Shown here piece after piece: positions 1 to 8,929 of a stretch of DNA of 42,035 nucleotides. Each line of letters opens with the position of its first letter. Within the stretch, counting starts at the first letter, position 1. The position numbers and the translations under genes were made by a program. Origin of the DNA: Pseudomonadota bacterium (GTDB lineage: Bacteria; Desulfobacterota; RBG-13-43-22); assembly GCA_043798385.1 (NCBI GenBank), contig JAZDOU010000334.1, positions 1-42,035 of the forward strand, written 5' to 3'. The notes beneath the pieces are model-generated. The model was given only the letters and a program-made list of their open reading frames with translations. It was not told the DNA's origin and made no database searches.

Positions 1-47
1 ATACATCTCTTGTTTCGATCAATCCCATTATTCCTCCATCAAGAATA

Positions 48-90
48 CCCCGTCTTCATACAGACAGACGGGGCCTCTTTTTATTTTTTA
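48..90. terminator. Probable bidirectional intrinsic terminator
   Basis: An 8-bp GC stem (CCCCGTCT 48-55 / AGACGGGG 66-73) is followed by CCTCTTTTTATTTTTT on the + strand. It lies just beyond the stop of the minus-strand CDS ending at 100. Confidence 0.6.
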
Positions 91-99
91 CATTTTTAA

Positions 100-555
100 C
101 TACCGCCGCCATCCGGCCCAGACCGGAACGCCATTGTTGTCGCGCAGTACCAGAACAGCCTCTCCTTTTTTAATTTCACCGGCAATGATAGCCGGTTTAT
201 CCTGAAAATTGACCCTGGCCCCCTTGACCTCGACCTTATCCCCTTTTATGATCTTGATATCCAATCGTTCCACATACCAAGCCGGTCCCAGATGGACAGG
301 GATAGTCTCTTTGTCTGTCTTTATCAGGAGCTGGACGCCGGAATTCATCCCTTTCAAGGGTACCACCTGTTCTACTCCGACCACTTCCCCGGTCAGCGTA
401 TCCGCCATGGCCGGGTTGTAAAGCCGGGCATAAGGCGTTCCCATCCCCCATCCGCCGCTGCCCTGCCAGCCTCTCCAGGACTTGGCAAAGGCCCAGGAAG
501 AAAGTAACACCAGAAACAATACTGCAACGATTACTATGCCTGCTTTGTCTTTCAT
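100..555 (-). CDS. Secreted/periplasmic protein with MamS/MamX-like beta-rich C-terminal domain
   Basis: ORF 100..705 trimmed to the ATG at 555, which has a GAGGAGG Shine-Dalgarno (SD, ribosome-binding site) sequence (complement of 561-567). It has a signal/anchor helix (IVIVAVLFLVLLSSWAFA), a Gly/Trp-rich linker, then GEVVGVE...VHLGPAWY...GDKVEVKG. The family call comes from motif memory only. Confidence 0.6.
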   Translation of the reverse strand: MKDKAGIVIVAVLFLVLLSSWAFAKSWRGWQGSGGWGMGTPYARLYNPAMADTLTGEVVGVEQVVPLKGMNSGVQLLIKTDKETIPVHLGPAWYVERLDIKIIKGDKVEVKGARVNFQDKPAIIAGEIKKGEAVLVLRDNNGVPVWAGWRR

Positions 556-664
556 ACGAACCTCCTCGATAATGTTTTTTTGATCCTCCCTCTGCTGAGG
601 GATCAGGTGATCCTTTTTATAAATCTTGTTCCTTCTGCTTTTTATTTTAATTTCACTCAAAAGA

Positions 665-967
665 TTATTGGGAACCCGCCCCCGGTTGTCCCAGGCTTCT
701 TCCACAACTGGGGCAGGTGTTCCGGTCTTTTTTCTCAGAAGAAGTCAGGGGTTCCTTGGATCTGAAAAAAAACATAACCACGGCACACACCAGGACAACC
801 AGAACCATTACCCAGAACAACGGATGTCCCGGCCAGATTCCGAAGTTATTAAAATAGGAAGACCTCCAACCCCAACCCGGACATAAGGCCCAGGAACGAA
901 ATCCGAAATAGGAAAGAAAATAGAGGCCACCCAGGATCGCCAGAGCCAACACCAATCCATTCTTCAT
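665..967 (-). CDS. Small integral membrane protein, C-terminal CPSCG motif
   Basis: 100-aa ORF with two or three hydrophobic helices. A G-rich SD precedes the ATG at 967. No family recognised. Confidence 0.45.
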   Translation of the reverse strand: MKNGLVLALAILGGLYFLSYFGFRSWALCPGWGWRSSYFNNFGIWPGHPLFWVMVLVVLVCAVVMFFFRSKEPLTSSEKKDRNTCPSCGRSLGQPGAGSQ

Positions 968-1037
968 TTTTTATCCCCCCTTGATCGAATATTTAGTTCT
1001 GCGAAAACGCTGGGGCAGTTCCCCGTTGTTATGTCTA

Positions 1038-1541
1038 TCATCGATCTCTCCAGCCCCTTCCGGAACCACGGCCCCGGCCAGGGCCAAAAGCCGAAACGGA
1101 ATCTCTTTGCTCAGGGCTCAGGAGATCCTGCCATCGGCATCGATAGTTAAAGTTCTTTTCCCGGATTTTTTCCTGGAGGTCCTGAATATCTTTTCTGAGG
1201 CTGTCGATCCGGGCCGCCTCTGTTTTTAAATTGGAGTCGAGCAGCCTTATCTCCGCCCTTTTAGCCCCAAGCTCCTGTTGAAAAGGAGCGATTTCTTTCC
1301 AATGATTTTGGCGGATCTTCTCCATTTTGGCCGATTGTTCAGGCGATAAATCCTCATTCACATAGGGCCGCTGCCCAAGCTTCAATCCCATCCCTCGGCC
1401 CCAGGGATCAGCCAGGGCCTTGCCGGCCGACATGAGCATGATAAGGGAAAAAATAATGGCCGCCATGAGAAACATAATAATCAAGGCCGATAATTTATCC
1501 ATCCTTTCCGCTTTCCTGACATCTTGGGGATTCTGAATCAT
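1038..1541 (-). CDS. Spy/CpxP/ZraP-family periplasmic stress or metal-binding protein
   Basis: AGGAGG SD upstream. Signal anchor, PWGRGMG Gly-rich segment, two L(S/T)xEQ motifs (LSPEQSAKM, LSPEQRDSV), coiled-coil composition and a Gly/Arg-rich C-terminus as in ZraP. Confidence 0.75.
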   Translation of the reverse strand: MIQNPQDVRKAERMDKLSALIIMFLMAAIIFSLIMLMSAGKALADPWGRGMGLKLGQRPYVNEDLSPEQSAKMEKIRQNHWKEIAPFQQELGAKRAEIRLLDSNLKTEAARIDSLRKDIQDLQEKIREKNFNYRCRWQDLLSPEQRDSVSAFGPGRGRGSGRGWRDR

Positions 1542-1671
1542 AAAATGGCCCCTCCTTTTTCATCCCACCTTTTTTGCGGGTTTCGGGGAAGGGGTCCTCT
1601 TTTCCCCTCCCCGGGCGAAGGTTGATGGTAAAATGCCGTGCCTTGTCAAGCGGGATCATTCCATGACCCGC

Positions 1672-2043
1672 TTAAGGACTCAGGACTTTTCGACACTCCA
1701 AATTATATTGGAGCCGGCTTTCCTGAACCTTTCCCCTGAGATCCGACAGATCCTTCTGTAAAACCGCTATTTTTTCGGTTTCCGGTTGAGTGGAAGTCCA
1801 GAGCCTTTGCATTTCCGAACGTTTGGCGAAAAGCGTGTTTTGCAGAGGGCCGATCTCTTTCAGGAAGGACTCTCTCAGGGTCTGCAATTTTGCGGCTTGA
1901 TCCGTTGTCAGATTGGCCGTTGCATAATAACCTGGCCCATAACCCGGGCCCATCCCCATGCCCCGGCCCCACGGACCGGCAAAGGCCGTTCCAGCCGGAA
2001 CCAGCAGGATTACTGCCAGGAGTAGCATTAAATATCGTTTCAT
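1672..2043 (-). CDS. Spy/CpxP/ZraP-family periplasmic protein (paralog of 1038..1541)
   Basis: ORF trimmed from its GTG to the ATG at 2043, which is preceded by AGGAGGTG. Signal peptide ...GTAFA, the same GPWGRGMG motif, LTTDQAAKL motif. Confidence 0.75.
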   Translation of the reverse strand: MKRYLMLLLAVILLVPAGTAFAGPWGRGMGMGPGYGPGYYATANLTTDQAAKLQTLRESFLKEIGPLQNTLFAKRSEMQRLWTSTQPETEKIAVLQKDLSDLRGKVQESRLQYNLECRKVLSP

Positions 2044-2159
2044 CAAATTCACCTCCTTTCGTATGGAAGTTGGAGTCCGTCGGATTTTCTAAATCTGAAG
2101 ATCGAGGACTGACACAAAAAAGATTGATCTTGAAAGCAAAAAGCGAGGTGCAGTGGAAA

Positions 2160-2462
2160 TTAACAGCGAAGAGAAAAGAGGGTTAAGACATCGAGAGAAA
2201 AGGCAAGAGTAACGTCGTCAACCTGACCACTTAGAAAAGCGGGTAGGGATGAAGATAGACACGCTAAAGGTAAATGCATTACGACCAGGTCACTGGGGTT
2301 TGCATTGGAATGGATAGCGGTTAGATTGCACCGATCAAGCTTTGGACCTTGGTTGAATGGACAACCAGCCCCCATTTTAACAGCTAAATTAATGACGGTT
2401 GCCCCTGCTAAGATCGGGACAAGAAGGAGTACAACCGTTAGAATGATGATTTTTGATTTCAT
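2160..2462 (-). CDS. Hypothetical secreted protein
   Basis: ORF trimmed to MKSKIIILTVVLLLVPILAGA (signal-like). No SD and no family match, so support is weak. Confidence 0.25.
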   Translation of the reverse strand: MKSKIIILTVVLLLVPILAGATVINLAVKMGAGCPFNQGPKLDRCNLTAIHSNANPSDLVVMHLPLACLSSSLPAFLSGQVDDVTLAFSLDVLTLFSLRC

Positions 2463-2724
2463 GATTTTTATTTTAATTTTGTTTATTCCTGCCATTAAAT
2501 AAAGCAACTCTTATGCCAGATCCTGAGTCATTTCAGAAAATAGCATATAATTAATTGGTTATATAGTTTCCTTCTTTGTTATATTCCCGGAAAGATCAAA
2601 CGACTTCGACAAATTTGTCGGAGGATAGCCCCCCATTTTTATTCTTTTCGACATAGTCGTCGTTTACGAGGGCCGTTAAAAATAAAAACCAGGGATCTTT
2701 TTTCCGGGTCACTAAACATTTTTC

Positions 2725-2771
2725 TTGACTTCTTGTTATTACTATATTACTAATCAATCATATAGTATAAT
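2725..2771 (+). promoter_or_regulatory. Candidate promoter/operator with TACTATAT inverted repeat
   Basis: TTTTCTTGACT (-35-like, 2725-2730), TACTATAT 2740-2747 and its reverse complement ATATAGTA 2760-2767, TATAAT 2766-2771. The same octamer recurs at 4891 and 4899, and 7 of 8 bases recur in reverse at 9532. Confidence 0.35.
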
Positions 2772-2782
2772 ATAAATTTTAA

Positions 2783-3229
2783 CGTGTCAAGAAATTTTTA
2801 GAAAGGCCGGGCGGAAACAAAGCCCTGAAACCGTGGTACCGGCTGGATCCTTTGTTATCGTTCTTTATTGTGATCTTCATCCTGAAGAACTCCAGGTCCA
2901 TTCTCAAGGAGGCGACCGGCATTCTTATGAACGCTACCCCGAGAAGCCTTGATCTTGAAGAGATCAAGAAAGCGTTACAGGGAATTTCGGGAGCATGTGG
3001 ACTTCATTACCTGCACGCCTGGAGCGTGAGTTCCTCCAGCATCGCCTTTTCCTGCCACGTCGAGGTGACGGATCAGCTTGCAAGCAAAACCGAACCCCTT
3101 TCTGAAAAAATTCACCATGAACTTTTTCATCGATTCAGAATTGATCACTCCATCCTGCAATTCGATACAGTCCAGTGCGGCAACGGGAGCATACTCTGCG
3201 AGTTGTCCAGCGGGAAACAAGACGGGTAG
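2783..3229 (+). pseudogene. 5'-truncated cation diffusion facilitator (CzcD/ZitB-type) relic, last TM helix plus cytoplasmic domain only
   Basis: The frame opens right after a TAA at 2780. It translates WYRLDPLLSFFIVIFILKNSRSILKEATGILMNATP...LHYLHAWSV...HVEV, which matches the CDF TM6 and C-terminal domain. TM1-4 are absent and replaced by AT-rich promoter-like DNA. Confidence 0.6.
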
Positions 3230-3247
3230 GAAGCAAAGGAGAATCTT

Positions 3248-4237
3248 ATGTTGCGGCAAATGCAAAAAATTTCAAAGGGGATCGAATCAAACTTGATTGT
3301 ACTTATCCTCGTATCCATCGCTACGGGAGTCGTCTTCGGCTGGAGGTTCCCCGATCAGGCCCATGGGCTGAAAAGCTACTCCAAGATGGCGCTTTTCATC
3401 ATGCTCTACCCGATGATGATCGGCCTACGCATTGAGGAGGTAGCCAAAGCCGCCGCCAATCTGAAATTGATCAGCTTTTCCATGTTCTTCAATTTCGTTT
3501 TCTCGCCACTCTTGGCGGCAGGGCTGGCTTATCTTTTTCTTCACAACCGCCCGGATTTCGCTGTCGGTCTGATCCTGACCGGCACAGTGCCCTGCGCGGG
3601 TATGGTCGCGGGGTGGACGGGCTACGCCAATGGCAATGTGGCGCTGGCCATGGTCCTTGTAGCGCTCAGCCTGCTGGTCAGCATCGTTATGATTCCGGTC
3701 TGGATGCCCATCCTGGCCGGCGTCTACGTTCAACTGGATGCCTGGGCCATGTTCAAGGACATCCTGATCACCGTGGTCGTGCCGCTTATTCTGGGGGATT
3801 TCACCCGACGTCTGATCATCCGATGGAAGAGCCCACAGACATTCCAGCAGGTCAAGCCGATCCTTCCGGGCATTTCCATGCTGGGCATGTACATCATCGT
3901 TTTTATATCCATGGCGCTGGAGGCCGAAAACGTGATCAAGCACCCGGAGTATTTCCTGATCGTGCTGACGCCACTGGCCGTCTTGTATGCGATTATGTTC
4001 AGCGGCTCGGTACTCTTCTCCAGGCTGGCAAAATTTCGTTATGAAGATATGATTGCCTTTTCTTATGGCGTAGCGGGCAAGAATATCGCCATTGCACTGG
4101 CCCTGGCGACCGTTTTCTTCAGCCCGATGACGGTCCTGGTGCTGGCCATCAAGCCGGTTATCCAAATCTCTTTCATGGTGGCCTTTTTGCGTTTGTCGCC
4201 CCGGCTGAAGCAGAGATATTTTGCGCGGCAAGGATAG
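3248..4237 (+). CDS. Bile acid:sodium symporter / ACR3-superfamily (BART) carrier, putative arsenical-resistance-type transporter
   Basis: AAGGAG SD. About 10 TM helices. Composition and length are typical of BASS/arsenical-resistance-3-like carriers. It is distinct from the canonical ACR3 at 10634. Confidence 0.7.
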   Translation: MLRQMQKISKGIESNLIVLILVSIATGVVFGWRFPDQAHGLKSYSKMALFIMLYPMMIGLRIEEVAKAAANLKLISFSMFFNFVFSPLLAAGLAYLFLHNRPDFAVGLILTGTVPCAGMVAGWTGYANGNVALAMVLVALSLLVSIVMIPVWMPILAGVYVQLDAWAMFKDILITVVVPLILGDFTRRLIIRWKSPQTFQQVKPILPGISMLGMYIIVFISMALEAENVIKHPEYFLIVLTPLAVLYAIMFSGSVLFSRLAKFRYEDMIAFSYGVAGKNIAIALALATVFFSPMTVLVLAIKPVIQISFMVAFLRLSPRLKQRYFARQG

Positions 4238-4290
4238 AAAACACTCAATTTTATAAAGATTAAAGGCCGACGGCGACGAGGTTATTTTCT

Positions 4291-4827
4291 ATGAAGGTCC
4301 TGTATATTTCCGGAAGCCCCAGAAAAAACAGTAACACCGATTACCTGCTCAAAGAAATCCTATCCGTAACAGGGGGAGAGCTTCTCAAAATCGCCGACTA
4401 TCATGTTGATCCCTGTCGCTCCTGTTGGACCTGCTTAAAATCGGGCAAATGCGCCATTGACGATGACATGAGCCGGAAGCTCATCCCCCTGATCCTGGCC
4501 GCCGATATCATGGTCCTGGGCACTCCGGTCTATTTCAACAATGTATCCGGGCAACTCAAGGTGTTGATGGATCGTACCTGGTGTCTCAAGGGAAAGCTGC
4601 GAAACAAGATCGGCGGCACCGTCGTGGTGGGCCGGAGAGATGGCATTGAAAGCGCCATAACGGCGATTCAGGCCTTTTTCCTCAAACACGAGATGATCCC
4701 GGCCAACCGAGGGGTCCATGGCCGAGCTTTTGCACTGGGAGAAATAGGGGATGATCCGGAGGCTATCGAATCGGCCAGGAAGTTGGGGGCACGGTTAATC
4801 GAGATGGCAAACTTGTTTGGTCTTTAA
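4291..4827 (+). CDS. Flavodoxin-like fold NADPH-dependent FMN reductase / iron-sulfur flavoprotein
   Basis: MKVLYISGSPRKNSNT N-terminus, Cys cluster CRSCWTCLKSGKC, GTPVYFNNVSG motif. Confidence 0.8.
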   Translation: MKVLYISGSPRKNSNTDYLLKEILSVTGGELLKIADYHVDPCRSCWTCLKSGKCAIDDDMSRKLIPLILAADIMVLGTPVYFNNVSGQLKVLMDRTWCLKGKLRNKIGGTVVVGRRDGIESAITAIQAFFLKHEMIPANRGVHGRAFALGEIGDDPEAIESARKLGARLIEMANLFGL

Positions 4828-4867
4828 CTGTTGCCAAGGAAAGAAAGGACCCCCTTTTATTTTTTTC

Positions 4868-4906
4868 TTGACACCACCAAAAGACCACTTTACTATATTA
4901 CTATAT
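4868..4906 (+). promoter_or_regulatory. Candidate sigma-70 promoter with tandem TACTATAT octamers
   Basis: TTGACA 4868-4873, a 17-bp spacer, TACTAT 4891-4896. TACTATAT is repeated in tandem at 4891-4898 and 4899-4906. It lies upstream of the CDS at 4987. Confidence 0.45.
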
Positions 4907-4986
4907 AATTATTTACTTTTATAAAAAAGGTCTCGATAAAAGTCAACTTCTTAATTTAAACCTTATAAGGAGGCGCAGGACAGCTT

Positions 4987-5355
4987 ATGGAAGGAAAAAA
5001 ACCAACTTTGGAAGAATTACTTAAAACCATGGAAAAGATGAGCGGGGGAGACCCCAGACCCATGCGGGTCTTGTCTCAAATCAACCCGGAGTTCGTTTTC
5101 GAACAGGCCCGGGGCCGAAAGTTCGTCATGGATCTGCCGCTCATCCCACCGAAATACAAACATCTGATCATGATCGCCGTAGCCGCGGCGGTGGAAAGCA
5201 CCCTTTGTACCACTACCTTTATGAAAGGGGCCAAGATCGTGGGGGTAAGCAAGGAAGAAATCGCCGAGGCCATCATGGTGGCCCGACAGGCCAAGGGGGC
5301 GACGATTTTCGCCGCTTCCGTTGACGGTTTCGAGGAACTTTTAAAAGACACCTGA
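4987..5355 (+). CDS. Carboxymuconolactone decarboxylase (AhpD-like) family protein
   Basis: AAGGAGG SD. The PKYKHLIMIAVAAAV...C...A helix pattern is typical of CMD/AhpD-like proteins. Confidence 0.7.
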   Translation: MEGKKPTLEELLKTMEKMSGGDPRPMRVLSQINPEFVFEQARGRKFVMDLPLIPPKYKHLIMIAVAAAVESTLCTTTFMKGAKIVGVSKEEIAEAIMVARQAKGATIFAASVDGFEELLKDT

Positions 5356-5363
5356 AAATTACC

Positions 5364-5567
5364 ATGAGATGCATTGACCAGGGAACCATAAAAATCTTTC
5401 TCATCAAAGATGATTTTAAGGGTCGTTATTGGATCATCCAGGAAAGGAGCACCATAACTTCTACCGTTTCTCTGGAAGAAGCCGTAAGACTGTTAAAGAG
5501 CGAAACGTTTGATCTTATTGTTTCGGAACCGCATAACCTTTTTATCTTAGATTCCCCTTATAAGTAA
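5364..5567 (+). CDS. Small half-receiver-like protein (paralog of 22239..22505)
   Basis: 67 aa. Shares (I/V)KI..I..D(F/Y)...Y.I(I/V)Q......ST..L..AV..LK...FDLI(V/I)SEP.N with the ORF at 22239. Confidence 0.5.
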   Translation: MRCIDQGTIKIFLIKDDFKGRYWIIQERSTITSTVSLEEAVRLLKSETFDLIVSEPHNLFILDSPYK

Positions 5568-5587
5568 TTAATTAAGGAATTTGCGTT

Positions 5588-6331
5588 ATGAAACCGATCG
5601 AAAAACATGCCGTACAAATTTCGGAAGCCGTCCAACTGACCCATCCTCCTGTTGGCTTGAAGTTTTTAGAGTCCCTTGAACCCTGGAAAGATACACCGGT
5701 GGCCCAGGGCCATCGATTTTGCCAATTGATCATGCGGGCGCGGCAAGGGGAAGAATTAATCCTGACCCCGGAATCCATTTCCTGTCCGGGGGCAGCGGCA
5801 GCCTTGGGTTTTAAGCCCCTGCCCCCAAATCTGGAAGCCGGGCAGATGTTGAAAGCCTTTGGTATTTTTAAAGATCCCGGGAAAGGGGCCTTGACCATCA
5901 GGGCCATGCCCCGACTGGAACTGGGAAAGTTCAAAGGGATTATAGCCGGTCCTATCGAGCGCCTTTCCTTTGATCCGGACGTGGTTATTGTGGAAGATGA
6001 AGTGGAAAAACTGATGTGAATGGCCCTGGCCTATTTAAACACCCGCGGAGGAAGATTGGATTTCACCACCGCAATCCTTCAAGCCATGTGTGTGGATACG
6101 GCCGTCATCCCTTATATGCAAAACCGGTTGAACATGACTTTCGGTTGTTACGGCTGCCGGGATGCAACCGATATCCAACCCGGCGAAGCGGCCCTGGGAT
6201 TTCCGGCGGGAGATCTGGCTGATTTAACTGAACATCTGACTCATTTAGCCCAAAAGGCCATCCCCAATTGCCGGGCAAAAGCCATTTATCATTCCTTGCG
6301 AACCAGGCTGGACATACCTGCTGAAAAATAA
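5588..6331 (+). CDS. DUF169-family protein interrupted by one in-frame TGA (6017-6019)
   Basis: ORFs 5588..6019 and 6020..6331 are in the same frame and together give the length expected for DUF169 (about 245 aa). The junction reads ...VEDEVEKLM-TGA-MALAYLNTRGG. Confidence 0.55.
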
Positions 6332-6367
6332 TTGACTGTAAAAAGAATTTTATAAACTGGAAAAATC

Positions 6368-6904
6368 ATGAAACCGTCAAAAATAATTTTCCGGATCTTA
6401 GGATTTACTTGTGTCTTGCTTTCCTTGATGGTCATCTTTGGCTGCACCCGGATAAATACTCAGGAACGAATTCCCGATCGTTCCTGGCTGACCGATTTTG
6501 CACAGGCTCAGGAAGCGGCCCGGTCCAAAAACCTTCCTATTTTAGCCGCCTTTGTCGGTTCCGACTGGTGCCCCTGGTGCGAAAAATTGGAGGAGGAAAT
6601 CTTTTCCCAAAGGAATTTTATGGATTATGCCCAATCCCATTTCATCCTTTTTCAGGCGGATTTTCCGCGGCACAAAGCGCAGCCCCTTCCATTAAAAAAC
6701 CAAAATGAGGCCTTGTCCAAGACCTATGCCGTTTCCCGATTCCCTACCGTATTGATTATCGAACCTCAGGGTAAAGAAAAGGCCAGGACCGGCTTTCGCT
6801 ACGGCGGGGTAAATGCCTATATCGAGTACCTGAACGAACGGCTTAAAGACAACGGTTTGCTGCCAAACCACAAGGATCCCTTGCCGGTGTCTATTTCCCC
6901 TTGA
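6368..6904 (+). CDS. Thioredoxin-fold lipoprotein (CPWC active site)
   Basis: Lipobox LMVIFGC, WCPWC redox motif, thioredoxin_7/DUF255-like context (ILAAFVGSDWCPWC). Confidence 0.75.
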   Translation: MKPSKIIFRILGFTCVLLSLMVIFGCTRINTQERIPDRSWLTDFAQAQEAARSKNLPILAAFVGSDWCPWCEKLEEEIFSQRNFMDYAQSHFILFQADFPRHKAQPLPLKNQNEALSKTYAVSRFPTVLIIEPQGKEKARTGFRYGGVNAYIEYLNERLKDNGLLPNHKDPLPVSISP

Positions 6905-6931
6905 ATTCTTAAGGAGAAAGAACATAACCCT

Positions 6932-7267
6932 ATGAAGGATAAAAAAGAAATAAAACAGAAAATTTATGAAGGCCAAGCCTTCATTCTGAAGGCCTTGGGT
7001 CAGCCGAACCGGTTGCAAATTGTGGATCTTCTCAAGGACGGCGAGCGCTGCGTCTGTGAAATATTTTCGCCCATCCATCAGGAGCAGGCCAATATCTCCA
7101 AGCACCTTTCGATCCTGAAACAAGCGGGGATCCTGGAATCCCGAAAAAAGGGACTGCACACCTACTATCGCCTCAAAGACCAGGGGGTCCTGGACCTGCT
7201 GAAGGGGGTTTCCAGGATACTGAAAGATCAGGGACAGGAACAAAGAAAATGGATGGCTCAACTGTAA
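6932..7267 (+). CDS. arsR: ArsR/SmtB-family metalloregulator
   Basis: Winged helix-turn-helix LGQPNRLQIVDLL, metal(loid)-site motif ERCVCEI, and ISKHLSILKQAGIL recognition helix. Confidence 0.85.
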   Translation: MKDKKEIKQKIYEGQAFILKALGQPNRLQIVDLLKDGERCVCEIFSPIHQEQANISKHLSILKQAGILESRKKGLHTYYRLKDQGVLDLLKGVSRILKDQGQEQRKWMAQL

Positions 7268-7273
7268 TTTTTT

Positions 7274-7308
7274 TATTGATTAGCAACTCATTAGTTATAT
7301 AATCAATA
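7274..7308 (+). promoter_or_regulatory. Sigma-70-type promoter overlapped by a perfect 9-bp inverted repeat (putative ArsR-type operator)
   Basis: TATTGATTA 7274-7282 and TAATCAATA 7300-7308. TTGATT 7276-7281, 16 bp, TATAAT 7298-7303. It sits between arsR and the permease gene. Confidence 0.55.
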
Positions 7309-7335
7309 GGTAATTATTTAGGAAAGGACTATCCC

Positions 7336-8502
7336 ATGAAAGAACGGTATTATTTATTGCTGCTTATTGCTGGTTTTTTGGCGGCTTATTATGTCCCCTG
7401 GGACAGCGTCCTGATCCGTCAGTCCGGATTGGAAGCCTTCCTGATGCTCCAGGAATATGCCCGGGAACATGTACTGACCTGTCTCATACCGGCCCTGTTT
7501 ATTGCCGGGGCCATATCCGTTTTTGTCTCTCAGGCGGCTATCCTTAAATATTTTGGGGCCGCGGCCAATAAATTCCTGGCCTACAGCGTGGCCTCGGTTT
7601 CCGGGACCATCCTGGCCGTCTGCTCCTGCACGGTATTGCCTTTATTTGCCGGCATCTATACCCGGGGAGGCGGCATCGGGCCGGCCACAGCGTTTCTTTA
7701 TTCCGGGCCGGCCATTAATGTCCTGGCCATTGTCCTGACCGCCCGTATTTTGGGCTGGAAACTGGGACTGGCCCGGGCTCTGGGAGCGGTATGCTTTGCC
7801 TTTATCGTCGGACTGGCCATGCACTTTATCTATCTCAAGGAAGAGAAGGCCAGAATCGCCGGAACCCTCTATCTGCCCGAAGAAGAGGCCAAAACCCGCC
7901 CGCTCTGGAAGGAAGTCGTTTACATGGCCACCCTGGTGGGCATTTTGATCTTTGCCGCCTGGGGGAAACCGGCCCATCCGGTCGGTTTCTGGATGGCGGT
8001 TTGGGCGGTTAAATGGTATATTACGATCGGCTTTCTGATTCTGCTGGGTCTGGAGTTGTGGTCCTGGTTTGGCAAAGAGGAGATCACCGGTTGGGGACAA
8101 GCCACCTGGGGTTTTGCCAAACAAATTTTGCCCCTTCTTTTTGGAGGGGTGTTGGTGGCCGGGTTCCTGCTGGGCCGTCCTGGTCATGAGGCCTTGATCC
8201 CGGAACGATGGATCCAGTCGCTCGTTGGCGGCAATTCCCTGTGGGCCAATCTTTTTGCCGCTGTTTCCGGGGCGTTGATGTATTTCGCCACCCTGACCGA
8301 AGTGCCTATCCTTCAAGGCCTGTTAGGAAGCGGCATGGGTCAGGGACCGGCCCTGGCCTTGCTGCTGGCCGGACCGGCCTTGAGCCTGCCGAGTATGCTG
8401 GTCATTAGAAGCATTATCGGAACCCGGAAAATGCTGGTCTATTCAGGATTGGTGGTGATCTTATCTACCATCGCCGGGTTGATTTATGGGGCCATGGTAT
8501 AG
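7336..8502 (+). CDS. COG0701/DUF318 permease (ArsP-like family)
   Basis: 388 aa and polytopic. Cys pair AVCSCTVLPLF. Typical partner of the small redox-active-disulfide protein encoded next. Confidence 0.75.
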   Translation: MKERYYLLLLIAGFLAAYYVPWDSVLIRQSGLEAFLMLQEYAREHVLTCLIPALFIAGAISVFVSQAAILKYFGAAANKFLAYSVASVSGTILAVCSCTVLPLFAGIYTRGGGIGPATAFLYSGPAINVLAIVLTARILGWKLGLARALGAVCFAFIVGLAMHFIYLKEEKARIAGTLYLPEEEAKTRPLWKEVVYMATLVGILIFAAWGKPAHPVGFWMAVWAVKWYITIGFLILLGLELWSWFGKEEITGWGQATWGFAKQILPLLFGGVLVAGFLLGRPGHEALIPERWIQSLVGGNSLWANLFAAVSGALMYFATLTEVPILQGLLGSGMGQGPALALLLAGPALSLPSMLVIRSIIGTRKMLVYSGLVVILSTIAGLIYGAMV

Positions 8503-8556
8503 GCTATTATTAGACAACGATGCATTTAGATTCAAACTTAAAGAGGAGAGTATTAC

Positions 8557-8790
8557 ATGGAAATTAAAATTCTGGGACCCGGGTGTCCCAAGTGCCTGCA
8601 AACTGAAAAAATCGTAAAAGAGGCCGTTGCCGAAAGCGGGCTCCCCGCCCAAGTTGAAAAGGTCACCAATATACTGGATATCGCCAAATATGGAGTATTC
8701 GGGACCCCGGCGGTCGTGGTGGACGGAGAGGTCAAGTCCGTGGGAAAAATCCCGGCTAAAGAAGATGTCAAGAAGTGGATCGAAAAATAA
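8557..8790 (+). CDS. Thioredoxin-like redox-active disulfide protein 2 family
   Basis: 77 aa. MEIKILGPGCPKC...FGTPAVVVDGE is the canonical pattern of this family. Confidence 0.85.
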   Translation: MEIKILGPGCPKCLQTEKIVKEAVAESGLPAQVEKVTNILDIAKYGVFGTPAVVVDGEVKSVGKIPAKEDVKKWIEK

Positions 8791-8794
8791 GCAG

Positions 8795-8914
8795 CCCAAC
8801 CCGGACCAGCCGGAACCAAGAGGTGGATATATAAACCATAATTGGTCCGGGTCCAGGGCGTGTTCTTTAATAAATTCTATCCATTTTGCGTAGATTTTTA
8901 TTCTTTAGTTACTA
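8795..8914 (+). repeat. 131-bp-family intergenic repeat, divergent short copy (copy D)
   Basis: Shares CCCAACCCGGACCAGCCGGAACCA...TGGTCCGGGT...GTTCTTTAATAAATTCT.TCCATTTTGCGTAGA.TTTTATTCTT.AGT.ACTA with the copies at 13611, 14650 and 24625. Confidence 0.85.
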
Positions 8915-8929
8915 AGGAGGAAATCGGTT

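Noticed and set aside
3425-4231. Long antisense ORFs opposite real transporter and enzyme genes: 3425..4231(-), 10697..11707(-), 7642..8316(-), 6692..7261(-), 36528..37121(-), 28390..28869(-) and 34765..35301(-).
   Set aside because: They are shadow frames of well-supported genes on the other strand. Their translations are low-complexity (rich in D, G, Q, H, R), they lack ribosome-binding sites and they match no family I recognise.
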